The notes below the pieces were generated by a model. It did no database searches, was not told the origin of the DNA, and saw nothing but the letters and a program-made list of their open reading frames with translations. Positions 38,752-52,083 of a stretch of 64,000 nucleotides of DNA are shown one piece after another. The stretch is from NCBI GenBank assembly GCA_963924565.1, contig OZ004608.1, positions 38,254,001 to 38,318,000 of the forward strand, read 5' to 3'. Each line of letters starts with the position of its first letter. The stretch's first letter is position 1. The DNA is from Ascidiella aspersa (lineage: Eukaryota). The position numbers and the translations under genes were made by a program.

Positions 38752-41558
38752 TTAAAAATCACAGTCAATATCGAGTAATTCGCGTTCCCTGTCTTTATTT
38801 GATGACCAACGCGACATAATCCTTTCCTGGATCTGTAGTTTTGTTATGCAATCCGGTGAAGCTTTATCTTCATCTGTTAAATCTTCAGGCACGAGTACGT
38901 AACACAGCATTACTTCTTTTGACACTGTAGTCGCAAGTCGTAGTAATGCGGATATTGTTACCCAGGAAAATGTTCGGTTGGAGACTCCATTGAAATCAAT
39001 GAGCTGTAAAAAAGAAATCATCTTAATATGAAAAACTAGAACGCCACACAAATATTAGTTTTAAAGGTAACAACAACACTCCAAGTACAAAAAATCATTA
39101 ACACAGTCCAATAAAGACACACAGCTATATTCTGTCCCATTATAAAGTGTCCTAGCCCATCATAAATAAAATAAGGGTCTAACTTAAAACTAGTTCAAGT
39201 AACTAAGTTAATTTGGCATGAATTTTTATATGGACAACATTTCGTTTATGTGCTTTAAATGTAAAAGTGTAAGATTGGCTTATAAAGGAACAGACAAGTC
39301 AGCAGGGTATTAGCGTTTAACTAATGCTTAAACAAATAAATGGACAGCTCAGAGCCACAATCTATTTAACCAAAAAAAAATTATTTCAAACATTTTGATT
39401 AAAAAACTTCTAACTAAGAAGATATTAAAGGCGTAAATAAATACCTGCAGTGTCTTTTGATCGACCACTTGTATTGCAACAATATAGCTGGAATGATAAA
39501 AGGGAGGACCTCTGCGATACAACGTGTAATCTGCTCCGTACCTAATTCCATCGCGCGGAACCCAACCTTTACTACGGAAATGATGGTAGACTGCGTACCT
39601 TATCGGAAAAATAGGGTCCTTGTCACAAAAGATTTTCCATTGCCTGCAAATAAAAACACTTTAGAAATTTTTAAACTCCTAAATATAACATATAGCAGCC
39701 GTTGCAACAGTTAAAATCATTCCACCATAAAGGCTAAAGTTGTACCAATGTCATTATTGGAGTACAATTTTGTAAGGGTAACATACAATGAATTGAAACT
39801 TTTCTTATTAGTTTCTGCCCAATATTAATACATACATAGTAACATATATATATATATTTGTTGTATTAAAGGTTCTCTGATGATTAATAAGAATCATTTA
39901 AAATCAGCATTTTATTAGGTTAGTTTTAATATAAATTTGTAACAGAGTCACTATTTTTAAATGACTTTACTTAAAGTTCTAAAATTGAATATGTTTAGGA
40001 AAATTGGGGTATATAAGTTGATGATAATTTATAAAAAAAAAATTAATTGTAAATAAACCTAAAGCTTTTTGTTTTGTTTCTGATGTCAGCTATGCAAAAT
40101 ATAACCTAGAATGAAATCATTTTTTACGTCCATTATTTTTTATAGACAATAAAGTGACTTGGATTATGTAATATTCTTTCACCCACTCACTGTGATAAAT
40201 CAATCTTAGTTGAATCTTGTGAAAGCACAAATAAACAGCCCAAAGCATATGAGAGAAAAAAACTTTCTTCAAAGCTCAATTGAGAATGGATTTCACCAGT
40301 TGCAAATTGTTGTTTAATTTCAATATATTTGTCGCTTGATTCTTGGCTTATTTCCATGAGATGTTCATCCGATAAAGTGGCAATACTGGATTGTGCATCT
40401 TTAAGAGCTTCATCATTATCTGTAGTGTTTTCAATTTCAAGATTTTCGTCATTCTTTAAAACCCTTAGAAGTTTTCCGAAGAAGCCCTACAAAAAAAATA
40501 ATACCCAGTAAATGATTTTACCTTTAGGCCAAAGAATATTCCCCTTTTTTAATTTGGATTTATTTTACTAAGTTTGGGGCTGTGTTGTTTGCAAGTTACT
40601 TTAAATTACTCCAGTAATAGCAAGTATCTTAAGTCCAAGTCATGTCATTTGCATCCAAAAAAAATTTTAAATTATTATTGTTCTTGGGTAAACTCGTGAA
40701 ACTTTGATTAGCATAACAAACAAAACGAAATTTGCGAGTGATATTTTGATTAGTATAACAAACAAAACGAAATTTGCGAGTGATATTTTGATTAGTATAA
40801 CAAACAAAACGAAATTTGCGAGTGATATTTTGATTAGTATAACAAACAAAACATAACATTTTCAAAGGAACCAGTTTTACAGGAAGAAAATTGGTAAAAA
40901 CAAACCCTGTTGGGTATCTTACAGTGTATACTGATGAATACCAAGTGTCTGTTTTCTAAAAACATTGTCTGTTTTCTAAAACCACTACAAACATGCAAAT
41001 AAAATATATCTATCTATCTTCTGTTAGCTTGGTTATTTCATACAGGAGTTGCAAAATAGAAGGGTATCAAGGAAACCCAAAGTGTCTTTTCTGGCCTGGG
41101 CAGAAAAAGAGCATGCAAACACAAGAAATGCGATTAATAGAATATAACAGAAATAACGTTTGACAGATAAAGCAACCACCATACAGAGTCGCTACACATT
41201 ATTTTACCAAAAATTGTTTAAAAACAGGGTTAAGCTATTTGACTAAACAAAAGTCCAAGTCAAGCTTTATCCAAAAGACTCAAATTCAAGTATGTTAAAA
41301 ATAGTAACCAAGTCACTACAACTCTAGTGTCATGCATGTTAACTATATAAAAAAAACTTTAGGTACCTGTTGAAATAAATGATGTGCGTCACCACCTTTT
41401 TCAACCAGCACACAATTTTCAGCAAGGTGTCCATCGTAAAAATTCCATTCCCCTTCTGAAGGTGTTTTTTGCGTTATTGTGGATATTGGATTAGGAAAGG
41501 GTTTGTATCCAGGACAACTTCCCTTTTTCTTCTTTTGTGGGGGTTTGAAAGACGCCAT
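38752..41558 (-). CDS. TSEN2: tRNA-splicing endonuclease subunit Sen2 (4 exons, 312 aa)
   Basis: Exons 41558-41367, 40486-40191, 39643-39445, 39003-38752, in phase. Motifs: GFFGK, QLSFEEVFFLSYALGCL, YAVYHHFRSKGWVPRDGIRYGADYTLYRRGPPFYHSSY (catalytic Tyr and His) and LLRLATTVSKE (catalytic Lys). Confidence 0.95.
40702..40852. repeat. 42-bp minisatellite, ~3.5 copies, in TSEN2 intron 1
   Basis: Unit ttttgattagtataacaaacaaaacgaaatttgcgagtgata. Confidence 0.92.
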
Positions 41559-43214
41559 TATTGTGATTATGAATTACACAAAATTAAAGAAGCTTAAGAA
41601 CTAGTGACTTTGTGTGAAAATTACTACGCTTTTTCGTTTATTAAAGAACTCCGTAATCTTGTATTTTCAATTTCAAATATTATCATTTTTTTAAACTGTA
41701 TATAAGAAAATGTTATACAGTTATGGTCTGTTCTAATAATTGTCGACAAACGAATGACTTTTTGGAAATGTATAGGTTTTTCAAGTTGACACTGGCCTAC
41801 AGTTCTACCATAGCAATAAAACAAATATTAAAGCAAGGCACAATATTTGGGTTAGGGTTTCAGTTAGTGTTTGGGTGGGGTAGGTCGGGTGTTATTATTT
41901 AATAATATTGATTAACCCACCCTAACCCAAATAATGTTTGTTGTGGCAGGATTCTAGACCAGCGCCTTCAAAGTTTTTAAACGACTGTGTAGTGTGTACT
42001 GGAGTAGAAATTTAATTTAAACCAGAAATTTAAAATTTAGGGAAAGGTGGTCACACTGTGTTTGCTTGAGTTTGCTTTTAAATAGTCACAAGTTGTGCTT
42101 CGTTGTATTTTATAACTCCATATCGATCAAAAATAAAGACCTAAGTATTTCGTTGGAAAATAATAAGCGAAGAGGTTATTCACCCGGACACCAAAGTACT
42201 TCAAATCACCATGTAATCACCAACGGGTGCAGGCGTAAAACAGTGATTCAGGCAAATACCAAACCAACACCTCCTAGGGCTATTTACCCGGCTAACAAGG
42301 TAATTTAAATCGATTTTTAAAAATATTAAAATTATGCAAAACTCGGAAAATTAAATCCAATGCCGCTCAAACGCTAACCAAAATCGATAAATAACCACAT
42401 ATTGGTGTAAGCGTAAAAATACGATAATAAACTCGCGGCTATGTGGCCAGTGGAGCGTGAAGTAAAGTGCCGGTTGTTGACGTTTGGCGCGAAAAATAAA
42501 GTGGTTAAAAAGTTTTTTATTATTTTGTTTTTGCTAGATTGAGTTTTGTTTTGACGTTTTATTGTGTGGTGGACGGAAATTTTCGAAACAGTGTTCTGTC
42601 CTATCAAATTTTGTAGGTACGTCGTAGCTTACCAGGTTATACAACCCAGGGATGCCTGCGCTAGATTTTTCGGCGCTCTTTCACTATTGTACGTGAAAAG
42701 TTATGCAAAAAACAAAATAATACCGCATACCACAGCACATATTGTTTGAGTTAGGGTGCGGGTTAGCGTTTGGGTGAGGGTGGGTCAAGTAATATTATGT
42801 TTAGTATCAATAATAACTTGATCCACCCTCAACCAAACGCTAACCCAAACAATATGCGTTGTGGTAAGCGGCATTTGAAGAACGTTTTTTTTTATTAATT
42901 TTCTACCTAGATCTGTTTTTTTGAGCTCATCTAGCTTTCTAGTTTTTTTTTTTTGAAATAAAAAAATCTAGATTTTTTGACAGACAAATGTTTTACAATA
43001 TAGCTTGTATCCAGAATTATTAGAGTATTAGATATTAAAAAAGGCCGCTAGTCTAGAATCCTAGTACAACAAACATTTATAGGTTAGGGTGCGGCTTGAG
43101 GTAAGTTAAGCATTATTATTAAATAATTAATATCATGAAGATTGACCCACCCTCACCCAAACACTAATTTACACCCCAACCCAACATTCCCAATTATTGT
43201 ACGTTGATCACAGG

Positions 43215-43860
43215 ACCTGGTTTGGTCTGATTTTTTTAGGATTGTAAAGAACAGTTAAGGTAAACTTAATATTGAAACATGTGACTTGGTGTAATTGCAG
43301 TATAATTTTTATATGTACATCTAGCTATAAAAGATCAATGAAATGTGTTTCAGATTTTTAATAATATTCAGAGTTATAGCTGTTCATCTTGTAGAGAAAA
43401 TTTTATATATATATATACATCTGTAAAACAATAATAAACACTTTAATATCATGAGCGATGCAATCAATATATTTTTGCTTTTAACCATGATAACCTCAGG
43501 GTTTTTTGATCTGATTATTCTAGGATTGTAAAGAACAGTTAAGGTAAACATATATAATATTAGACTGATGTGACTCGTTGTAAATGACAGTATTTGTAAT
43601 AGTTAATTTTTATTGTGTTGGTTCTATTCACATGTTAGTGTTTAGTTTTTTTTCTTGACTTGTAAGCAAAAAATCCTAATACAGTAAATATATGTTATGA
43701 ACTGTAGTGATGCATATGTACATCTAGCTATAAAATTAAATAAAATGTGTTTCAGATTTTTATAAATCAGAGTTATTGCTGTTTATGGAGTAAGCAAAAT
43801 TTGATGTATATGTAAAACTAATAATAAGCACTTAAATATGATGAGCGATGCAATCCGCAA
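43215..43860. repeat. Degenerate local tandem duplication (two units)
   Basis: Repeated blocks taggattgtaaagaacagttaaggtaaac, atatgtacatctagctataaaa and atgagcgatgcaatc. Confidence 0.75.
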
Positions 43861-45508
43861 TCTTCATCAAAAATAACTCGCTTGTAATCCAGGCTTCGCC
43901 ACAAAAAGGTGAATAAAATTATTTCTTGCTGTATTTTGTGCTTTGTGAGATTAAAAAAACATACGATTTTAAGTAATTTGTCGATCAAACTAATCACTAA
44001 AACCGATTTTCTTTTTGTTTTCCACAAACATTGTTTGTAAATTTTGAAGATGTCCAATAATATTGGATCCAAATGGATGCCCAATGCCAAGTAGTAGTAT
44101 TGGTACTTGTCCGATACACCGGCCTTATTACCGATCCGATATCAAACTAATATAATTGTGCATTTTAGCCATGGTTGGAAAACTAAATGATCGTTTCCAC
44201 CTAAGTCAATTATGTGTAGTTACTTTTTTCATTCAACTTAAAGTGTAAAAAATAGCATTGTAACAATAAATGAAAAACATTTTTCCAGGACCTTTTTCTT
44301 AACAACCTGGACGTCTTTGTGTTCTGGATGTCATTATCCAATTTTGTCAAATTTGACGATTTACATATAACTAAGCAGTTTGTACTAAAAACACTCCCTC
44401 GATTTTTTAAAGGTCGGTGCCTCTGATAGTAATGACATTATTAGGTTTTGGATCAGACCGGCGTTACTATTGCGAGTATTAATGGTAAATAAAATGCAGA
44501 TGATTGTTATCACTGGTTACTTTGCTTTATTGACTTGATAAACTACACCATTTCTAATAATATACTAAAACACTATACAGTATATATATATATATATATA
44601 TAACCAAAACAGATTTGCTATTTGTCATAAAAGGTGACTTCTATATACTCCTAATCAGTAAACAAAACATTTCTGCTACATTTTTTGACATTGAACTGTA
44701 ATGGTTAGGGAAGTTCAAAGTAAAATATTAGATACTCAAAACTCAAAAGTTGTTGGTCGTAAGAAATAATGAAAACCTATCCAATTTTTGTCTCAATTAT
44801 TTGTTTCGATTTACTTTGTGTTTTGTTGTTACATTTCCTGATGATGCATCTTGTATCGAAAACCTTGGATAAATAATTTAATTACCAGAAAAACATCGTT
44901 TCAGTGCATGTAAAATATATCTCAATTGGTAAACATAGCGAGCCAGAAATGCAAACTTATATTTATATAAAATTAGCTTAAGGTTATATTCGCTTGCGGC
45001 CTACTACAAAGGCTTGACACTTTACCTAAAATGATGATACCGTACTTTTACTACCCAAAGAGCAACTAAGATTTTTATACTGTTTAATGCCTTTAAAATT
45101 CTGTCAAAGGGCAACCCTGCTATTAGAAAAGTCTGATGGAGAGCGCAATAATGCTACACCGCACACCATTCGCGAAGCACTGGTTACTCATTTCATGACT
45201 GCATTTGTGCTACAGATAGCAGCGCTATTTATATTGTGGCTTTGTATTATGATTTAGTTGGCGATGGGCAACTTAAAACATGTTATTCATCGAAAAGCTA
45301 TAATTTAAAGCAGTGAGTTCTACCAACTGCTATGTTTTTCACAGGTATAGGCCAGTATGTTAGGTCGTGCCTTTGACTTGAAAATCATTAAAACCAACTA
45401 ATTTTGGTTAGCACTTAGCACCCCCCCCCCCTCCCCTCGCCAAAACAAGTTTTTCAGTAAAAATATATTATTTAAAGCAATAAGTTTTACCCACTGTTTT
45501 TTTTTCAG

Positions 45509-45609
45509 GTATAGATTCGTCCACAGTTTGCAAGTCTGGGTTTGGCTCAGTTCATTACAGGAAGCTGAACAAGAAATTGACGCGACACACCGTGATGTGA
45601 GTCATTATG
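45509..45609 (+). other. Orphan 101-nt exon-like block (duplicated at 59060-59160)
   Basis: Polypyrimidine-cag acceptor and gtaag donor in both copies, with 6 substitutions between them. Confidence 0.55.
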
Positions 45610-46624
45610 GTAAGTCTTGTTGAAATTAAGCTAAAACAGTGAATTTTAAATGTACTTAATTACCTAAAAATTTATCAATTTCACTTTTTAATCGTTTTTT
45701 ACTTGTACCTAGTTATGTTGAAAGTAGAATATCCTTGGATTTGAATCCAATTTATTTGTTTATAGCGGTATTTCGGACTGTCAGAAATTGGTTACTTAAT
45801 AAAGGTTGCGCTTTATTGTACATTCGCGAGTGGCAAAAGTGCTTGCTTTAAATGTAGCCATGTAGTACGGCGTCAACGTTTTTCTGAGCCACCAATGTTG
45901 TTGAATTTATTTAGACTTCATTACAGTTTCACATTTGTTGAAACATCAGGTTTTTTATGTCTGTTTGTTTTATGGAATCAAACGACCCTGGTTCATATAA
46001 AGTTTTCCGCTTTAAAACAATTTACCACTGGGTTTGCATTGCGCTCTCATAAAAAAACTATTTTGAGACTTCTACAGATTATATCAATCATAACTATCAC
46101 AAACTCCCAAAATACTTGCAAACCTAATGTTTTATATTTATTAAATTATTTTTTATTTTGCTTGCGGCGCACCTAGCAGCCTTCTATGACGCACCGGCTG
46201 TGAAGTGCTGGCTTACACTTATATCATTTTTTTTCTAATTGAAACGCAATACATGTCATCCATTGAATAAAAATGGTTTTATTTTGTAAATCCTAATGTT
46301 TCACCTTTTTTTCAATTGGTTAGTGTATCAAAGAATCACAAGGTTTTAAAATGCTATATGGTTATATTGTTAAAATGCACACATCACACATATTGAATAT
46401 AAAGTCTACAATTTGATTAAATTCAAACTACCATATTTAAAACAAACTCACTGATAAACAGAAACATAAAGCGATAGTTATTATATAGGCAATAAATTAG
46501 CATTGAAGATTTTATAGTATTTAAAAGTATGTGGGGGATAATTCAGTCAACTTTCGTGTGTTTATATAGTTTCCTTTAATTGAAATGGTATTCATATGTT
46601 ACAATATGTTTTTTATTTCTGGAC

Positions 46625-49567
46625 TTAAAGTTGACTTTCTGCTATGACATTCCCTTCTTTATTTCTGCTTAAGGCAGGAATCGTACGTTTTTTAAGTTTC
46701 TCTAATGGAACAGTGCATTTGTCTATTAAAGTAGAGTAAAGCAAGGGGTTCAATGCACTGTTAATGGGAAGCAAAATACCAGCACTAATAAGATAAACAT
46801 CATTGGTTAGTGGAACACCAGAAACAGCCAAGTAAGCAAGCACACACATTGGGATCCAGCAACAGAAGTCAGTGATAAGCAAGCGAGAAATTCGTTTTTG
46901 CATTTCACTGTTGGGTTGCTTGTTTCTAGATTTAGCCATTTTGTTACTTCGTATGTAAATAAGTATATAAGCAACAAGCATGAAAATGAACAGCAGGAAG
47001 TTGAGTGTGATAAGAAACATAGAATATTGCCAAGAAGCGTCATTTGCAGAAGCGAACAGTCTGGGCATGCAAACACTAGTTTCACCATAATAACCAAATA
47101 TTCCTTTTATCGGTTGATTGGGGAAGGTTATGCTCATTAGCTGAGTGACGTCATGCCAATAAAGTGACGTCATGTTATGTGGTTTTATTTTATTGGCTAA
47201 AAGCACAATTTTTTGTTTAATGACTTGATCAGTTTTAAAAAATCTACTTGAAAACCAAACATGAGAAACAAAATATCCTGAACTGTAATCAAACAAAGGC
47301 AGAAGTGAAAATAAAATTGCAAACAGCCAAACACATGCACATGAAATGTAAATCCCCTTTAACTCCATCGTTCTGGTGATAAATGGCTTGTAAACTGTTG
47401 CAAGTCTAAACGCTGTCATTACAGCCATAGTACCCGAAGAGGCCATGGTAGCTACCACACACAACACCCCAAGAATGGAGCAAGTGCTACTTGTACGCCA
47501 AACTGCGTCAAACGAGCAATAATCCCCCGAAAACTGTACACCTTTTATGCTTATTGCAATAAGATAAATGCCCATGAGAAAATCGGCAAGTGCCAAACTA
47601 AGCAAAAATATGTAGGTGCTTTTTGTGAAGTTATCTGCATTCTTGTTATTTAAAATGTCCCTTATGGTAATAACGACAACCGCTAAATTCCCGATACAAG
47701 CCGCCAACCCCATTAACCAAAAGAAGGCTTTGTAAACAGGGTTAGCGATCATTTCCTTTTGATTTGAGAAAATGGTACTTCGCCTACTGATTGGCGGGCA
47801 TTCGTCACTTCCGTCCGAACATTGAGGAAATCCATCTTCAACCAAGTTTATGTCGACCGACATGGGCTTTCCATTGCGACAGTAAAACCTTGTTTCGCTG
47901 CATCGCGTCGTATCCTCGTCCGACCCGTTGTCACAGTCTATTGTTGCGTCACAAAGGTTGGTGACATCGATGCTGGTGAGCGTTCCACTGACGCAATCGT
48001 GACGCTTGGGACAGAATCCACGTTCGCCGCATGGCCACTTAATCCCCTTGCATGCTATTCCAATCCTGGCTCTTTCAATCATGCAATCCTCACCGCAGAA
48101 CTTGGGTCGAGGCTCACAACTATCACATTCATCTTCCATGTGCAAACATTCAGGTTTGCCATCGCATTTAGTTGCTCGTTCAGGGAGTGAAAACAAGCCA
48201 GTTTTGCAATATATATGATCTACCTTACTTTCATTCTTAGCTAGTCCGCAATATTTCGTGTTGGATTCTCCGACACAACTGACTTCTGGGTTGCAAAGCA
48301 CTTTGTTCATATCCACGCAGTCCGTTGCATTGCGGCAATGCATTTGGTTGGGTGAGCAAGTGTGTCTAGCGTCGCCCAAGATTGCCTGGCAAACTGTTTG
48401 GTTGTCGCACAAACATTCATCGGAAAGATCATAGCAGTCTGGAACCCCGTTGCAAACTTGCTGTTGAGAAATAACCAGTTGTTTGTCCAAACACAAGAAG
48501 CAAACGAATTGTCCATTAACAAAGCAAATATCTGACTTATCTGCGCATTGAGCTTCATTGTCGTAGATGTTTATTTGTGGTAAAACGCAAATTGCTCTTC
48601 TGCTGGATCCTGAGCATTTAAATCCCAGCCCGCTTTTGATTTCGTCATCATTGCAACGAATATGTTCGTGGTCGCAATATTCATGGGTGGGAATGAGATT
48701 ACCGTTACTGCATTGTGACACACTTGTGTACCTTCCCTCCTCACAAACCCACTGTCCATTACAAACCCTGTCTCTCCGCCCTTCACACGGCCCCATAAGT
48801 TGGCGGCAAGTCGTGTTGTTGTGGATAGCTTCGAACTTGATTTTACTTGTTTCGTTTGAACAATAAATTACATCAACGAACTTATCTTTGACCAACACAC
48901 GCCGACCATCGCAAGGCTCCTTTCGTCCGACGCACTCGATCCTACCGTCAGCCACTTGTTGCTGGCAAGCTCTGCAAAACCATTCGTCGCTGCCGTCCAA
49001 GCATTGAAGCCGACCATCACATATGTACAACTTACTAACACACTGAAGCTTATCGTTGCAATGCACATATCCACTTCGACAACTGCTACCATCGCATGAC
49101 TTACTCTCAGGAACACACATTCTCCGATCATTGCACATTTTTGCTCCTGGTTTGCAAGTTGTACAGTTCGTCTCATCGCTCAAATCTCCACAATCCTTAT
49201 GCCCATTGCACCACAAACTTGAGGGAACACACTTGCTGCCATCATCGCACTTCCTAGCTCCTGGTTTGCAAGTTGTACAGTTCGTCTCATCATTCCCATT
49301 GAAACAATTATCCCACCCATCGCACCAGCCACTTGCGTCAATACATTGCTTCCCACCATCGCACATTTTCGCTCCTGGTTTGCAAGTTGTACAGTTCGTC
49401 TCGTCATAACCAAACCAACAGTTCTCCCGCCCGTCGCAAACTTCAGTTTGGTTGATGCACTTCACATCTGGCCTTCTGCATTCGAACTGGTCCTTAGAAC
49501 ATCTTGCTTTTACTCCAACGCACAAGACAAGCAACACACAAGCAAAAGTTAACATTCCCAACTGCAT
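46625..49567 (-). CDS. Intronless LDLa-repeat class A GPCR (GRL101/RXFP-like 7TM, no LRR), copy 1, ~980 aa
   Basis: Single ORF; the start MQLGM at 49567 was chosen from the paralog alignment. It has a signal peptide and many LDLa/Cys-rich repeats (CDG..DC..GSDE). The 7TM region shows W.MG...IGNLAVV, LALADFLMGIYL, WRTSSTC, CMP, TDFCCWIP and LPINSALNPLLY. Confidence 0.93.
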   Translation of the reverse strand: MQLGMLTFACVLLVLCVGVKARCSKDQFECRRPDVKCINQTEVCDGRENCWFGYDETNCTTCKPGAKMCDGGKQCIDASGWCDGWDNCFNGNDETNCTTCKPGARKCDDGSKCVPSSLWCNGHKDCGDLSDETNCTTCKPGAKMCNDRRMCVPESKSCDGSSCRSGYVHCNDKLQCVSKLYICDGRLQCLDGSDEWFCRACQQQVADGRIECVGRKEPCDGRRVLVKDKFVDVIYCSNETSKIKFEAIHNNTTCRQLMGPCEGRRDRVCNGQWVCEEGRYTSVSQCSNGNLIPTHEYCDHEHIRCNDDEIKSGLGFKCSGSSRRAICVLPQINIYDNEAQCADKSDICFVNGQFVCFLCLDKQLVISQQQVCNGVPDCYDLSDECLCDNQTVCQAILGDARHTCSPNQMHCRNATDCVDMNKVLCNPEVSCVGESNTKYCGLAKNESKVDHIYCKTGLFSLPERATKCDGKPECLHMEDECDSCEPRPKFCGEDCMIERARIGIACKGIKWPCGERGFCPKRHDCVSGTLTSIDVTNLCDATIDCDNGSDEDTTRCSETRFYCRNGKPMSVDINLVEDGFPQCSDGSDECPPISRRSTIFSNQKEMIANPVYKAFFWLMGLAACIGNLAVVVITIRDILNNKNADNFTKSTYIFLLSLALADFLMGIYLIAISIKGVQFSGDYCSFDAVWRTSSTCSILGVLCVVATMASSGTMAVMTAFRLATVYKPFITRTMELKGIYISCACVWLFAILFSLLPLFDYSSGYFVSHVWFSSRFFKTDQVIKQKIVLLANKIKPHNMTSLYWHDVTQLMSITFPNQPIKGIFGYYGETSVCMPRLFASANDASWQYSMFLITLNFLLFIFMLVAYILIYIRSNKMAKSRNKQPNSEMQKRISRLLITDFCCWIPMCVLAYLAVSGVPLTNDVYLISAGILLPINSALNPLLYSTLIDKCTVPLEKLKKRTIPALSRNKEGNVIAESQL

Positions 49568-51578
49568 TTTCCAACTTATAATGTACAATATCTTGTTTTA
49601 AACTACGCATGTGCAAATATAGCGGTTTAATTGACGTATAATATTAAGGAATATTCCGTAACTAAAAGTCAGCAAAGTGTACAACATCAATATGGCAAGA
49701 TTACCTCTCCATTTTGTGTCACGTAACTTCTCGTAACAAACATATTAAATATTGTTAGAAAAATTATTTAAAAAGTAAAAAAAAAATTTGTTGTAGTCTA
49801 AAGTCTAAACCTTGCACTACGCAAATTAAAGTTGGTGACCATCTTTTGCCTTATTTGTAAACAAGATGCTAAATTAAATGATTCTTAAATGATAGAGCTC
49901 GCATTTTAACTACACTGAATAAAAAATACAATGTTAACTCTAAACACTTCAACTAATTACATCAATTCATATAAAAAAATTAAAATTTCACTAAAATTGC
50001 TGCACTAATGTGACAAAGGTAAAATATCCTTTCAACCCAAAACCATAGCTACAACAAAATAACTCGTTATAAATATTTTTTCAAATGTTATCTTGTTTTG
50101 CGAATATTTACTCCTGACTGCAACTTTAGATACTGTAAATAACAAATCCCAAAAGTATGAAAACAGAGTCCAAAATAATTAGAATACAAACAGCGAATTT
50201 GAGAACACACCGACTACTATACCAACTTTTGTTAATATATTATAACCCTCTGATAATTATTTATTTAACATTTGCACGGTTAGCAACATTACATTAGGAG
50301 ACTGCCTATATACATACAAAGCGCCTTTTTACAAAATAATACGCTACCGTTTAAGTAAAGCGCTTTCTAAACCTCATATTATATTTTCTTGTGTTCGTAC
50401 TGATGAACAATAACGGCATACATGATAACACTTGGCCTGTCTTTTAGTATTTTAGAAAATTAACACATTCTTGCATACTCTCCTTAGATACCTGACCCTG
50501 CAAATATCACCCTCAAATTTAACCTTATATAAGATGTCAACAACAAACGTTAGGGTAAATTACAGTTTTGAATTTGTACTTTTTTTACTACAGTGATAAA
50601 TTTTCGTTTTCAAGACAGCCAGCATTGAGGAATTTATAATTAGTAATAAATTTGTGGTCCTTTTATTCAGATAAGAAAATAAAACGTTTTTAAGAATGGG
50701 GAAAAGTGACTACTTTTATGAGATGTCAACAACAAACGCCTCAGCCCACTAAAGACGTCGCGTTAAAAGAATGTTATTTATTGTGAGGTCACACAGAGGT
50801 ACTCCGGATGTTCCTGTCGCGTTTTGCGTCGCGCCAAGCAAACTTTTATTCAAATAATGGAAATTATGCATTATCGGTGACGTCATCGATTAACTCAGCC
50901 TTTTGGCTTAAAGTAAGTCCGGGCACAAAAAGAAAATGTTAATTTTTTTAGATTGAACACGTTTAAAAGACGTCACTCATCGAATCTAGTAAGTATTGGA
51001 ATCCTTGCAAACGCAAGTAGCATTTTGTGTACAGGTTTCAAAACCGACTATTTTTTAGTTTCGATATTGATATTTAGATTATAGTTTTTGCCCTTTATCT
51101 AAGTTAACTTTGACGAAAAGGTTTGAGTTTGATCTTTCCCCTCCTTCCAACACAGACACACATAAACACATCGATACGGACACCAAATTATAGTGTATAA
51201 TTGGGGTTGGCAACCATGAAATAAACGATGTGCTTTTATGCTAAAAAGTTTTCTTTAAAAGACTAGAAAACAAAATCAAGGCAAACAAGAATCGCGCAAG
51301 GCGAAAGTTTTTCTAATTATATGTGTGTAAATCGCTTCTATGTCTTTTCAGTATGAACTTAGTTCGTTTTCAAGAGTCTTTTTAGTACAACTGGATTTTT
51401 TGCGGTTCCCGCTTCCATTTGACGTGATTTCTGTGCAGAGGTGAGATCAATGGCCATTACTACATATTTGCTCAAATCACACTTATAAATGCCAGTATAT
51501 CTCTTAATGTGCAAATATTGATCGTATGCACAATGAATCGTCAATGTCTTCTAAATTAAACATTTTGTCGATTTGAAT

Positions 51579-52083
51579 CAGAGGTTACCCAATATTTTTG
51601 TAAAGGGCCAAATAAGTGCATCAACTGCCGGTTTTGGACCGAATGGAAATGTTGCGTCTAACTTAATTGATTTGATTATCCCTAAACAAAAAAATATTAA
51701 TAACTTACAACAATAATTGTAGTGAGGTTTAATGATTTGTAGTTCAAATTTAGTTTAAAATTTGCATTTTGACAACAAAACACCTAATTTTCATTAGGGT
51801 GCAAGTTAGCGTTTGGGTGGGTTAAGTATTATTAATATTTTACCCACCCTTACCCAACACGCTTTAACAATCGTTTCAACAATGTGGTAAATATTCCTTG
51901 ATCTACCCAAACCCCGCAACCTAATATTGTTAGTTGAGGTGGGATTCTAGACCAGCGCCAAACTACAAAAACAAAACACACAAATGAGCGTCCCTTGCCA
52001 GTATTTAAGGAAACGCGTCGTGATTCAGTTGAATTAACTCTGCGGGCCGGATCTGGCCGTTAGCCGTTGTTTGGTCACCTCTG
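51579..52083. mobile_element. hAT-type MITE containing an internal hairpin repeat
   Basis: TIRs cagaggttacc / ggtcacctctg, with degenerate TSD atttgaat / atttaaac. Confidence 0.65.

Noticed and set aside
40629-40865. Repetitive 78-aa and 60-aa ORFs
   Set aside because: They are translations of the 42-bp intronic minisatellite.
41846-43190. Telomere-like ggttagggtt tracts
   Set aside because: They are short hairpin-forming pieces of a dispersed repeat (also at ~51795-51960), not telomeric arrays.
49568-49588. Upstream ATG (MYIISWK) as the GPCR start
   Set aside because: It is not conserved in copy 2, and the MQLGM start gives a clean signal peptide.
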